DNA of 64,000 nt, taken from Folioceros fuciformis (Eukaryota). Under the pieces are notes generated by a model. The model was not told where the DNA came from. It was given only the letters and a program-made list of their open reading frames with translations, and searched no databases. The DNA lies in contig JBNGIO010006298.1 in assembly GCA_049999805.1 (NCBI GenBank), forward strand, positions 30,920 through 94,919, written 5' to 3'. Position 1 is the first letter of the stretch. Every line of letters begins with the position of its first letter. Both the position numbers and the translations under genes were made by a program. Below are positions 26,686 to 40,262 of this stretch, one piece after another.

Positions 26686-29600
26686 ATGGCTGATCCTCCC
26701 TCAACCACGGACACTCCCAAAGCAACCTCGGCTCGCAAATCGGCGGTGCCGGCCCCCCGCAGCTCCAAATCACAGCCGGGAGCCACGACCAGCTCCATCC
26801 CGGAGGCCGGGCCTTCCAAGGTTGAGGCAGAGCCAGAGAGGGACCCCAATCGCCTGCCCCAGACTGCCGCTCGCCTCCTGCATTCCTTCGGCTTGGAGGT
26901 GTTCTAGAGTGGTTTCAATGGCTCAGCTCAGCTTTCGCTTCCAGTTCTTGTGCCTTAGGTCACATCTGTGTAAACGTTCGTTTGCCTTTTCAGGGAAGCC
27001 GGAGGAACAATGTGTGCTACATTTCTGAGAATGTGCTCCAGTATTCTGCTGGAAATGCTGTGCACTTTTTTAATGTGAAAACCAAGAAGATCGAAGCCTA
27101 CCTCCCTGTGAGTCCTCTGTTTGCCTGCCTCGCGACAAGCAAGCACCTGAACCGGGCAAAGATCAATGTTACACACGTTTTGCATGGTCGCAGAGTGTAG
27201 AAGGACATGGAATTGGAGCAGTCTGCGTTCACCCTACCAAAAAGTATTTTGCAGTCTGCGAGAAAGGACACAACCCTGGCATATATGTCTACGAGTACCC
27301 ATCTCTGAAATTCAGCAAGGTCAGTGACATCCAGGCTCAGCGGTATTTTTTCCTGCCCCGGTTGTTCATCTCAGATGACCAGGTCAAGCAGGAGCTGTAT
27401 CAAGGGTCAGTTTGCTACACACCTGATCCTGTTGTTGGAGCGGACATGCAGATTTCAAGGCTAATGAATTCTGTTTCTGAGGATGCAGCAACTCCATGAC
27501 GGGACAGAGAACCAATACACCGCCGCAGCATTCAGTCCAGATGGAACTCAGCTAGCAACAGTAAGTTAGCTGTGGCAAGCATATATGGATCAGTCCCGTG
27601 GCAGCTGGAATGCTAAGGAGAAGTCCTGTTTAATGTAGGTCGGCGGGTACCCGGATTACTGGCTCTCAGTTTGGGACTGGTCTGGAGAGTCTATCATTCT
27701 CCGATCTAAAGCATTCTCGCAAGATGTGTTCCAGGTAAAGCAGTCCACCTTCTTTGGCATTTCATGTTCTCGGTTCACGCAAGGTCCTCCACCACCCTTT
27801 GAACATAAAATGTGATGTCCGGGATCGACTGATAGCTGACTGCTTCAAATGCTTCATAGGTTTCATTCTCAAGGGTGCTTCCAGGCACCCTCATCACCTC
27901 GGGCGTTGGCCACATTCGCTTCTGGAAGATGGCTGTCACTTTCACCGGGTTGAAGCTTGAGGTGCGAAGTTGCAACTTGCGTCTTCTTCCTATTCCAGGA
28001 CGTTCAATAGTTGCCTGATCTCTCAGTTCGCGTGCAGGGTCAAATAGCAAAATTTGGCACGGTGCCTATCTCTGACATTGCTGGATATGCTGAGCTGAAA
28101 AATGGCAAAGTAAGCCGGACACCCGATTTTGCAACATACTTGGTGTGTCCAAAGACCACCCCAGATTTGCAAGTTTCTTAACCTTGTGGGCACAGGTGAT
28201 ATCCGGGACAGAGGTGGGAAGTATCCTCTTGTGGGATGGCGGTCTTGTCAAGTGTCAGCTGACAAGACCGGCTGGAGCTCCGTGCCATGATGGGATGATT
28301 GAAGTCCTGCTGCTGGACGAGGCTCATGGTCAGATGATCACAGCTGCAGCTGATGGCTTCGTTCGATTCTGGGGACTTGAGGTGATGGTTTATGCTCTTT
28401 CTTGTGCACCTCTCTGCAGCTGTCTTCACATCGTTGGCAGCAATCGTACTAGTGTGCAGTAGTGCTCTTGTCTGCCTTTGTGTCCATGTGAGAACACCTT
28501 TGATAACCTGAAAAACTGTGAAGTGGCTGGAACAAGCTGACGACGGAGATGATAAACTAGTTGTTGAAATAGTCCCTCGCCGCGAAGTGCAAGTTGATAA
28601 GAACTGCAAAATAAAGGGCATCCTGTTTGAAGCAGATCATTGGATCATTCAGGTTTTGATCTACCTTGCTCATGTTTTCATACATTTACAACGTGGCTGA
28701 AAAGATCTGTTGAAAGTGCAGCTGGTAGCATAGCGAGTTGCGAGTCCTTCTACAATGCGCCCATATGTGCAGGATGAGGGTGGAGCCATTTGGAAAGTGC
28801 ACACACCTTCTTTCGACATTGAGAAGATATTTCAGTTCCACGCCTCGTCCATAACAGGCGTTGCAAGCTCTCCCAGCACCTACTTCATCGCCAGTGGCGG
28901 TTCAGATGGCTCCGTAAGCACTAGCATGACAATCAGTGTGATAATGCACTTGTGGTGTTCATGGCTTTTCTCTGAACCACAGTGGACTAAGCACTCTCTT
29001 CAGGTAAAACTTTACAATTACAAGGAACCACATCAGATCCAGTCGCGGACATTCTCGACAGCAGTGACTAGTCTGCTGTGGCTGCCACTGCGTTTGGATC
29101 CATCTAGCTGCACCATAATTGCTGGATTTGCTGATGGGGTTATCAGAATATTGCAGCAAACTGTGACCAATTGGAGACTCCTACAGGCTCTGAAGCCTCA
29201 TAAGGTAGACAGCTCACCGACTTTTGACTTGTCCCACGTTCATATTGAGTCGAAGTACTTTCTAATATTCTGCGCACAGGACAACTATTACAAAGCTCGT
29301 ATTTCTGGCTTCAGATGGACGTGACTGCCATGCGACTGACTCCAGATGCAGAGATTTTAGCCACAACTTCCACGGATACCAGTGTCTTTTTCTTCCACAC
29401 GGTTGAAAACTATAGACCAATCGGGTGAGCACTCTTCTGCATCTTTGTCCAATCAGTTGACCCTTTTGTCTGGTCCTCGGCCTGATGTTGCATCATATGA
29501 TCTGGGTCAGATATGTGATGGGTCCAGGGCAGATCACATGCGCGGACTGGTCACCAGACGGGAAAGGCTTTCTTATGGGCTGCAGTAATGGAGTAATTTC

Positions 29601-32600
29601 TCACCTGAATCGCCCAGGCAAGTTCTCGTGTTCTGAAAAGCGTACTCCTTGACATGATTCATTTGCTTCAACAGCCTGCCGTCTGCCTGTTTCTGTACTT
29701 ACAGATCTGCACCCAGATACCTCTGTCACCTTTGAGTTGAAGCCGCCTCTCAAAAGCTTCACCTATCGCCTCCCCAAGCCGCCGAAAAAGATTGAGCTAG
29801 TCGTGGAGCCACCTCCGGTTTGCTCATAGCAGTTCCATTCACTTGATTTGATTTGCTCATATTTCTGCACAACGATCTTAAGAGTTCAGTTGCCCAGAAG
29901 CATGCTCTTGATCTCCTTCTCAATTCCTAGGAGATGTAGGTGCCAGTTTCGCCTGAGGTGGCCACCAGCGGGGATGCCACAGGTGACCAAGCTAAGAAAA
30001 CTGAGGAATCAGGTGAAGGAGGAGGCGTAGAGGAAGCAGAAGAGAAAGAAGGAGCAGAAGGAGGAGAAGAGGTAGCAGATGGTAAAGAGGTACCCCCAGC
30101 TGCACCAGCTCCTGAAGTTCCTGCGCCTCCTGAACCAGAGCCAGAGCCAGAAGAGGAACAGCCAATTTGTACTCTCCCAGTTCGGGCAATCTTGTACACG
30201 AATGGCACCTTATCCACATTCTACATCGCCATAGAGGTGAGCTGAAATCCACCGCACATTTGATCCATTCATTCTCGCATGGCATTCCCCAATGGACATC
30301 ATACTTGTGCGTGCAGGGGAAGGGAATGGGATATCTCTACGAATGCAGGCTGGATTCCAAGGAGGTTCTGGGCACCGCCAAGTGGCTTGCCACTTGTGTT
30401 AAATGCCTGGGGTGGGTGTGAAGGTCTGCACCTCAAGCCGATGTCAACCCAAGACCAAACAATTCTGACATTGATTCACACTTGCAGATACTCTCCTGGT
30501 AAAGAGTACCTGGTTTCAGGATCAGACGACGGCGTTGTAAGAATACATGCAGCACCCGTGCCTGGCGAACTCCAACACTCTGATCAGCTGAGCTACTGGG
30601 AAGGCGCGATACATGATGGGTTTAAAGGAGTTGTCGGTGGAGCCGTGCTTAGCTTTGATAACATGTATCTGGTAAGAACACGACGCCCATTGTCCTCGCC
30701 GACAGCTTACGAGGACGAGGCTCACTTCAGCAGATGACTGTGCTATGTTAGGCAAGCGTGGGGTATGATGGGAGCTTCTTTATTCATTTCCTGGATCTGA
30801 AGATCTACCCTGACAAGGAGGGCAAGCCAATTAATGCCGTTAAAGGTGCGAACTAGGTGATGGAGAGATGCTACGGTGTTGAGAACTCCCCTCTGAAATC
30901 AACGAGCGTGCATCAAGGCACCAGTGTCATGCCGACAGAGATGCACTGTCAGATATTTGACTCATTCTCTTGTGCACCTTTGTGAAAACAGCGAAGCCTG
31001 AAGCTCAGCCCGAAGCTGCTGACTTGGGTGCCGGTGTTTACAGCATCGAGGAAGCTAAGCAGAAGGCAGAGAAAGACAGGCAGCTAATTCTAGCTCTTCA
31101 AAAGAAGGCTTTAGTGCTGACCCATGTTGAGGCCATCAGGAAAGCACTGTCTGATCTCATCAAAGAGAACGAAGCTAAAACCGCAATCGAGAAGTTGGAT
31201 ATCTCCGAGTTCGAAATAGACCCTCACCTGAGAGTGTATGTCTGGAGTTCGTTCAAAGGCTGTTAACAGTCTGAATACAAGTTTCTTCTCAAAGTGCCAA
31301 ATATCATCTGTACTTAATCTTTGTTGTGGCGCGCATGTGATCTTTCTCCATGTGATCTCTCTCCAGCATGATTCAGGCTGAGACTGAGGCAAATGTTGAC
31401 ATGGCTCACAAGGAGCTCCAGTACGAAAGTGAAAGAAGGAATATCGCATTGAGGAAACTCCGGGCTTACTTCCTGGATGACATAGAGGTAAGGACGGCCA
31501 AGGTCAAGGTGTGAGCTCAAGTTCAACTGATATTTGTTGCTGGTCGGCTATTCAGAACTTCAGTCTGCGAATGCAGGTCGAACATATCGTCTTGCATGCT
31601 TTCCATTCTGGCAAAACTGTATCAACTTTCCGGACTGCAAGATTGTCACAAGAGATATTGGTACGGTAGTTCTTCTTAGGAGTGTTCTCCTAGCAACGAA
31701 AGCACTCTTAAATGTTTGTGCTAGGTTCCGCAGCCAGTTGAGCAACTCTTACAACTGATGATGGCTTCTGACAGGATCTCATAGAAGAAGCACGTATACA
31801 AGTACAAGGGTTGAAGCGGCCGGTGAAGACTCCGGTACTTATCAGGAAGGAGATTCATCAGCCTGGGGATGAAACCAGGGTGAAAACAGATGAAGATGAG
31901 GTAGCAATCAATACTCTTGACGCAGCGCATCTTCATTTTGGAGCAAGATTGTGGCTAGTAACATGGAGCTGGCCAGAAATGCAGTCGCTTTCTTCTATCA
32001 AAATTATAGATGCAATGTACGGTACACGACTCAGGAGAGAAAGGAATTGTGAGATTCTGATCTTGCGAAGCTCCGCAGGGCATTTTCAAAGTAGAGCATC
32101 CCGTCGGGGACACCATGGAAGACAGAAGGCTTCTTATGAAGAAAAGAGAAAGAGAATGGCTCACATTCTTGAAATCCAAGCCGGACGAGGTAAAATTCTA
32201 TCCAGTTGTCCAAGGATTAGGAATTGTCTGCATACCAGCCATTCCCGTGAAAATGTGGAGGAGAACTGGCGCTGTGTCTTCCTTTCGGATATTTCCAGAC
32301 GTACGTAAATCAAGAAGATGCTCTCGCCATCAAATGGGCAGAAGAGAACAAGGGAGACTTCAAACTGAAATCTGATCCAGATTACCGAGCGCCGGAGGAG
32401 CTGGAGACAAATGCCACGAGGAAACGAAACGAGATGTTGTTGTTCGTAGAAGCAGTTCACAAGGCCAAAATGGAGTACAATGCAAAATTCTTGGCCTTGC
32501 GGGTGAGAAAGAAAGAAATTGAAGGCCAAATCATTCGAGGAAATGCGAGAATCAAAGAAATCAATGGTCTTCTCAAGTATTGCTTTGGAACAGTGAACTG

Positions 32601-35600
32601 TCATGACAGAGATGAGTATTGTTGGAGGCCACCAATCAGAGGTTGCTGACTATCACAGTTGTATGCATCCTCAGAGTGAAGGACGAGGTGTTATTCGTCC
32701 CCCAAAAGTTCAGGGATGAGACTCCAGAAGACCGGGAAATTGTGACACAGCAGGTGAGCTTGATGAGAGTCAGGCGCAGCCATGTCACATACCTCATATC
32801 CTATACCTGACCAGGTCCTCTCATTCTGTAGGAAATGGACGATCTTGTCGCAAAAAGAAAGGCTGCTGAAGAAGCAGCGAAGAATGTATGACGTATTGAC
32901 CCTGATAGCAGCAAACTGCTGCTATCACAGTAGCAGGGTGACACACTGATGACTCCACAACCTCACACTATCTAGCTTTTGCAGGAAGGAAAATCAAGCG
33001 GATTCACGTCGGGCTTGGGGGCAGCCAAAGAAGGAGCAGACAAAGACGGCTCCTTGAGAATCGGTCGCAGGTCGGTATCCCCGCAGCAGAGGAAACGCAC
33101 ACCAGAGAAAGCAGGCCCGACACCAGTCAGGGTTTACCCACCCTCAGCTCTGGAGGTGAGTGGCGGGAAACGATCGGTGTCAGCCTCGCTGGCGAAAACT
33201 GACGGGTGCTTAAACTGACATCAAGTGCTCCTCAAACCTTGCTGAATCCAGCGTTCATAATTTGCGCAGCTGGCGGAGCAAGAAGCAGCTCAAATCAAAC
33301 TGAAGTACGAAATGGAGAAAATTCTGGAGAAGATGGAAATTGCCGTCAATAACTTCGACCACGCTTTGGAGGAGCTGCGGCAGACGAAGATGAGGACAGA
33401 AATCAATATGAACATGGCTGCGCAAAAGTTTCTCTTCCTGTTCGAGGCAAACAGCTCATCCTGTGCAACTTTGTTTCCACACTTGTCAAAAGACGGACTC
33501 GTCTCTCTTCACGCATGCGCGTGTCATGTCCTATCATATCATGTGTTGCAATGTCTTCCGAGACCTGCAGGAACTGCGGCTCCTCAAAGTCCTCACTCCG
33601 ACAGAAGAGGCACTCAAGATTCGGCACGCTCAGAAAGTGAAAGATGTGACTGACTTCAAGGTACTCTCCATGAACTCCCACGGTATGCCTGAAATACACG
33701 TTACCTCCGACTCATCCCCCTCGCCTCGCTGGTTGGCATGGCAGAACAAAGTCCAAGAGCAGGAGAATGCGATCGAGAACAACAAGCAGCAGACCTACCA
33801 GTTTCATGAAGTCACCAAGAAGGTAAAGAGGTTGAAGCATGTGCGCATGTGGGCATGCCTATTGTGCCCACGTGGATGACTGTTGGGCCATGTTAGCGAT
33901 GGGTCATGAAGCTCATGGCCTGGACACGGGGAAATTTTGTCCTGTCAGGTCTTGTGTCGTGTCGGGAGCCTCGGTCCGGTACGCAAAGCACTGAGAGGCA
34001 AAAAGTTGTGCAAGAATCCCGGCCGGAATTGCATTGCGATTGCCATTGCTATGGCTCGGCGCTGGGCGGCCTGAATTGGGCCGTCCCCTCCCGCCCGTCT
34101 GGGTAGCTGGAATCGCTGCCATTGCCAGCATCCAGCACGCTGACGGCGAGAGCGGGCGGCGGATCGGGCAACGCTGCGTCCTCCGCGCTGGAAGGGGCCA
34201 GGGCCCGGCCATTGGTCGTCGCTCCCTGAGGAGAAGGAGCCTGCACGTCGGTGCGGTGGAGCAGCGGGAGCGGGGACGGGAGCGGGAGGAAAGTGCTACC
34301 GCACAGCAGAATCTGTAGGGCTGATTTGGATGGCCGGTAATTGGCAGCAAGGCTTGCTCTTGCCATTTGGCTGCGGGCTGGGAGTGGAATGGGATGGATT
34401 GTTGACAGTCTGCTGGATTGCGTCTGCTGATTCCGTCTGTAGCAACTGCTGCGAAGTAATGTGATTGCAACATTTTTGAATTGCTTCGGCGCGGGTCTGA
34501 GAGCATGCGTAGGAGCAGGAAGGAGGATTTCATCAGCTCAGCATCCAGTCTGCGACTGAGGAAGGAAGTGGGAGTTCGGGTGTGAGCTCACTGCTTGTGC
34601 ATGGCTTGTGACGAAGATTCGGGCGCCTGATCAGGAAGACCATGACATCCAAGAATCAGACCCACAATTCCTGCCAGCATCTGCTCGACTACAAGGCCAG
34701 GCACGGATTGCGTGGCTTCCGGGTGCTGCAAAAATGCTTGTTGACGGGGCCGTCTGGGAAAGCTCGAATCAGGAGGGAGGCCAAGGAGATTCCGAGCTGT
34801 GCCGTCTGTGGGAGGCCGCACGGGAGACTGTACGCCTGTCTCATTTGTGCCACCATTGGCTGTTGGAAGCTTCCAGATCCACATGCAAGCCGGCACGCGC
34901 AGACTCATCCGGGGCATGACCTGGCTGTGGATGTGGATCGAGCTGAGCTCTTCTGCGTCGTGTGTCATGACCAGATCTATGACCCTGACTTCGATCGGGC
35001 GGTCATCTGTGCGCAGAGTCTGGTCCGGCTGCAGGGCAGCGGGGCGGAGGAAGGGGGTCATGGTCATGGGAATTGTCACGGGAATGGGAATGCCATGTCC
35101 AACGGGGGAGAGGGGAGGTGGAGCAACAGCAAGGATTCTGGGGATGTCAAGGTGGGCAGTAATGACAGCCCCTCGTCCTCTGATGCCAAGCGTCAGCTCA
35201 AGGGCAACAACAGCAAGAAACGGGATGCGTCTGGTGGCCTTAACAAACGGCGCAGTGCGAAGGACTTGACCAACGGGAGAAAGTTTTCGGATTCTACTAG
35301 CACCAATACAGTCAGTAGCAGAGCCAGTAAAAGTGACCAACTGCCGCAACTGCATGTGAGCAAGAAGAGAAAGGCTGCACAGTACAGACCCTGGGTTCCC
35401 ACACCAGCTGAGCAATTGGCTCTCAGTCAAGGGTCTACACCCTTGACAGAGGACTCGGGCCTGCCATCAGGGCTCCGAGGACTGAACAACCTTGGAAACA
35501 CGTGCTTCATGAATTCGGTTTTGCAAGCCCTGTTGCATACTCCTCCTCTGAGAAACTATTTCCTCAGTGACCGGCACAACCGTGTCTTGTGCCAAAACCG

Positions 35601-38600
35601 GGCGTCCCATCTCTGCCTTGGATGTGACATGGATACCATTTTCTCTGCTGCCTTTTCAGGAGAAAGGACACCCTATAGTCCTGCGGAGTTCCTTTACAGG
35701 TGGTCATTCTTGGGTGAATTTGCAGCTCAGCTCACCTAATTTTACTTCCATGCATGTCTCGTTTTTAGATTTTGAATTTCGAATGTGTGTTAAGTTTCTT
35801 TGTGATTCTGGTGACCGATCAGTTGGTGGCGACACGCAGCAAACCTCGCAGGCTATGAGCAACAAGATGCACATGAGTTTTTCATATCCACTGTGGATGG
35901 TATTCATGCTAATTCAGGCACCACATCTCCACGAGCCAGGCGCTCACAAAATGCTGGAAGGTAATGCTGGTGGGGAAGGTTTTTTCTTTTCACTTTGTAA
36001 CAAGCCGCCTAGTCTGAATGATTTGACTAGCGATGCTACCTGGACAGTAAACCTGGAAGGACGGATGGTTAGGTTGTAAAGAAAAAGCGCTTTTGTGTGT
36101 AGGGTCCAAATTCCATGTTTTCGCTTGGACAATGACTTTGAATTGTCTGCATACAGGGCGGGCGATGTCGATTGTCAATGCATTGTACATCGAGTGTTTT
36201 CGGGTGTTCTCCGTTCTGATGTAACCTGTACAGTCTGTGGATTCACATCCACAACCCATGACCCTTGCGTGGACATTTCCCTGGACCTGGAACCTGATAC
36301 AGGTGACTTCAGCTCCATCAATGGAGAAAGCCATCACAGCAGATCAGCTTCTGCAGGAAGCCATGGTTCTGGTTCTAGCCTGTTGGGATGCTTGGACCGG
36401 TTCACCAGGCAAGAGCGTCTTGGAGCTAATGAGAAGTTCTACTGCCAGAAATGTCAAGTTCGGCAGGAGTGGATTAAGCAGATGTCCATCCGGAAGCTTC
36501 CTCTGGTGCTGTGCTTTCACATTAAACGCTTCGAACACTCTACCACGAGGAATACTTCACGAAAAGTTGATCGGTACCTGCAGTTCCCAATTCATTTGGA
36601 TATGGGCCCTTATCTGTCATCATCTGTTGTGAGACTAAGGCTTGGCAACAGGATGTTGGTGATGGACAGTGAAGAGGTGGGCCAGTCCCTGGATAGGCCA
36701 CCCCCTCAGTTTGAGCTTTTTGCAGTCGTGACACATTCTGGGAAGCTTGACTCTGGTCACTATGTTTCCTACCTTCGCCTTGGTGGCCAGTGGTACAAAT
36801 GTGACGATGCATGGGTAACACGAGTCAGTGAAGATGTTGTGAGGGCTTCGCAAGGCTACATGTTGTATTATGTCCAGAAGAGGCTGGCATACAAGGCTAC
36901 TGAGTCCTTGGATGCTGACAACAATGGCAACCATGGGGATACTGGATATGTTTCAACTGTTTCTCCATAGCCAAACATTTGCAACTGCCATTGTGTGTTG
37001 AGCTGCAGCAGCTGTCCACTGTGAAGCGCAATGAAAAGGTGGTGTGCTGATATTTGTAAAAGGCTCTCAATGAGTCATATCAGGCCCTGTGGACGGATTC
37101 TTTGCTGAGATGCAAAGAGAGTTGTAGTGAGGCTTCGAATTGCTCTGGCTCCTTCCATTGTTGCCTCTTGCGTTTCCGCCTTTTCATGCAGAGGGAGGCA
37201 TTCTGCTTGAAGGATCTGTCCAATTTTTTCTTAACACCGATAACTTTAACCATTAACCACACTCGTGTTGGTCTAACTGTGCTTCAAACTTTCTATGTGT
37301 TATCTGCCGTCTAATTTCGTCCGCTACAGGGTCCATGGAACTATGGGATGTGACAATCTCAAAAACAGGTGAAGTATAGTTCTGTTTTTCATGGAAGAGA
37401 ACTGTGTCCCGCAAATCCGCAAACACACCACGGCAATATGAGATTCGCAACAAATGTAGTTGCCATGCTTGTCACTGTCATCACCAAATACGTGGGAGGC
37501 ACTTCCACACAGAGCCTCCCACATAGCTGATGTGTCTTGTCGCATACATTTCAACTTTGATTTTGTGTGACGTATATTATTAGCCGTTGCTCGTAATTTG
37601 ATATTCCTCGTTCGCTTGCATGCCGCTGTCTAGGATTTTAGCTGAAATAACTGGCTGCCGGTTGCCATCAAGATAGGACCCTGATCCGTGTTTTGTTTGT
37701 TAGTTACTGGTTGACTTCGAAGCTCTGATTGGGGAGGAGAACCCACATGAAGCGGTTCTTCGTAAATTGTACCTGAAAAAAATCAAGCGCATCAAGAAGA
37801 AACAGGGTGCCGATGATGGTGATTCAGATGAATCAGAGGAGGAGGAAGACGATGATGATGATGACGACGATCTAGAGGAAGATGATGTATGTTTCTTAAA
37901 AATTTCGTTTGCTTTATATCATTTGCTCGAACTTCTTCGGAATAAAAAGGTGTTGTGGAAGTTGTGTTGTGGTGTCACGAGGCTGTGCTTTCTGTTTTCT
38001 TGCCAGGAACCTGAAGTTTGCCCTCCTGGTGTAAAGGAGGAGTTGTACAATTCAGTAATGGCCCTAAGGATAAAACGCATGGAGCAATACTATGGAATAA
38101 AGGATAATAAAGTCTTCTTAGATGGTAAGTATAACAACTTAGGTTATACAACAACTTAACAGAGTAGTGGTTCCTCCTCTCATCTCGTTTGCATCCTTCT
38201 CGGGGTCCAACAGCTATGGTTAGGGAGAAAGAGAGTTTGTTGAAGAAAAAAAAGAACGTTGATGCTGCGCTGGATTCGATTGAGGAGGAAATGGATCAGT
38301 TCCTAGTCTCAAAGCAAGACGCTTTGAACAAAGTTGACATTTGCCTTACTCTCAAAATGCATCAGGTCTGACATGAAGCTGCTGTTCAAACTTCTCTGCG
38401 TCCTTTCAAGTGGGTAACAAATTGTTCCATTGTTGACTTACCCTGAGATAATCCCTCGTGGTGCATTGCCTTATCTTCTGAAGGTTGAGTATTTGCAAGA
38501 AGGAGCTGTGCCCCAAAACCTTTCAGGCGCTTTAGTGTTCAGCAACATATCTTTGCAACAACTGAAAGGAAGGATTGACGAGCTCGCTCAAGAGAGAATT

Positions 38601-39657
38601 GCTCTACGGAAGTTGCAGAAAGAGCTTTGGAAGCAAAATCAGGGTCTGTGCCGCGAGAGGAAAGCAAATGAGGCTAAAGTTGCAGAATGGGAGATGAAGG
38701 TTATTGACATTCAGATGTTGAAGTTTGGCCAGGTTTTATTCTGACCTCCAGACATATACAGGGCTCTAATCTGTGAACGCACATGGCCAACATCCTTGCT
38801 CACTATGTCTCTACTCCTTCCTTAGGTCATCGATCTGGATGCTCTGGACTCGATTAGTGTCCAAACAGGGTCAGAAGACCTGAAGGAGAAACTAAAAATC
38901 CAAGAGGAGAAGAATGCAGCTGAGTTAGCTGCCCGAAACAAAAAGATTCACCAAGCAACGGATGAGCTTTCTAGTAAGCCTCGTGATATAATCTGGTCCA
39001 GAATACCAGTAAATTACTCAGGGTTCGAAGTCTCATCGTTTCGCCCTCGCCTTAGGGTTGATAAAGGAGAATGCTGCTTGTTTGAACTGCATTGCGGACA
39101 TAAAGGAGAAGCAGATGGACATCTCAAAGGTACATTGTCCTGGGAATCGTTCTGTTAAGACATCTTGATGTGAAGGTGCAGGTTTGTAGTTCACGAACAT
39201 GCCAGGGGGCCTGAACCTCAGCAATTCACATAGTGCGAAACGGTTGTTTGCCCACACAGAACATGAAAGGAAGAGCAAGTGGAACTGTTTTGGATCCGCT
39301 GTTGGAAAAGAAGAAAGAGGAAGTGGAGTACAGACGCTNNNNNNNNNNNNNNNNNNNNNNNNNNNNNNNNNNNNNNNNNNNNNNNNNNNNNNNNNNNNNN
39401 NNNNNNNNNNNNNNNNNNNNNNNNNNNNNNNNNNNNNNAACCCGCCTCCTCCTCCTCCCAACCCCCCCTTTTATCTGGACAAAGATCTGAGTCTACCAAT
39501 TTTGTGGCACGAACGTTGCCTTTTGCAGATAGTTCACGAACATGCGCAAAAGATTGACGATTTACGGAACCGGCTGCGACAGCTGAATACCGACAAGCTC
39601 ACTGTTTATCCGTACCAGACATCAACCACGATAGTGCACAGCAAAAACCAGATCTAG
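26686..39657 (+). CDS. CFAP44: Cilia- and flagella-associated protein 44 (WDR52), more than 40 exons, with a 3.9-kb intron 33823-37703
   Basis: WD40 N-terminal half: [98 protein letters not shown]. Coiled-coil half: [33 protein letters not shown] plus an acidic tract, [30 protein letters not shown]. Confidence 0.9.
34642..36970 (+). CDS. UBP22: Ubiquitin-specific protease 22 (SAGA DUB module; zf-UBP + USP domain), exons 34642-35699, 35823-35960, 36157-36970, nested in the CFAP44 intron
   Basis: zf-UBP CAVC...RLYACLIC...HASRH...[27 protein letters not shown], Cys box [39 protein letters not shown], and His box GHYVSY...WYKCDD. Confidence 0.95.
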
Positions 39658-40262
39658 CGCAGAGCGATTTGGTGAGCCGCTAGATGATCTCGATTACATT
39701 GCGGCATGTCATTTTTGGCTAGCAGGATCCTGAATTGCTCTCGCGTTTCCGCGTCCGCCAATCCTGCAGGGAGTATCAACTCCTCAAGCGGCACGTCGAG
39801 GTCCTTGTAAATCTGTTCAAGCTGTTCAATTTGCAGCATTATCCTGCGCTGGTCTTCCTCTATCTGTTGAGTCCGAATTTCCAGCTCCTTGTCCAGCAGG
39901 TGGATGCGCGACATCGTGCCAGTACGGTCCTGGTAATCGAGCTTCTCCTCCCAACGATTGAGGAAAGCCTTGCATTTCTCTCTCTCTTCCACAGCACGTC
40001 GATGCTGGGCCTCCACAGACCGACGGACATCGGAAACCACAGGCTCCAACTTGGAAGGCCAATTGCGGAGAGTCGCAGCCGATGACGAGTCTCTGCTTTC
40101 GTCGTACTCTTTCCACTCACTCTTTTTCTCAAATGATAGCCGGCAAGGCGTTGCGGCCATCCTAGTGCTTCCTCTCCAAGGGGTTCTTTTGTCCTCGTTT
40201 GCACGTGCACTTGCTCGGCTCTCTTGTGCCCTCACCCTCCAACGCCCGCCACGGGACGACAT
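39654..40262 (-). CDS. Orphan intronless coiled-coil protein (up to 202 aa), unknown function
   Basis: A 609-nt open frame with protein-like E/K/R/Q/L heptad composition (LLDKELEIRTQQIEEDQRRIMLQIEQLEQIYKDL). No family recognised, and the start is uncertain. Confidence 0.55.
   Translation of the reverse strand: MSSRGGRWRVRAQESRASARANEDKRTPWRGSTRMAATPCRLSFEKKSEWKEYDESRDSSSAATLRNWPSKLEPVVSDVRRSVEAQHRRAVEEREKCKAFLNRWEEKLDYQDRTGTMSRIHLLDKELEIRTQQIEEDQRRIMLQIEQLEQIYKDLDVPLEELILPAGLADAETREQFRILLAKNDMPQCNRDHLAAHQIALR

Noticed and set aside
34588-35430. 280-aa minus-strand ORF and similar long antisense ORFs (e.g. 42112-42855, 57513-58088)
   Set aside because: Shadows of GC-rich coding exons on the opposite strand, with no protein-like features.
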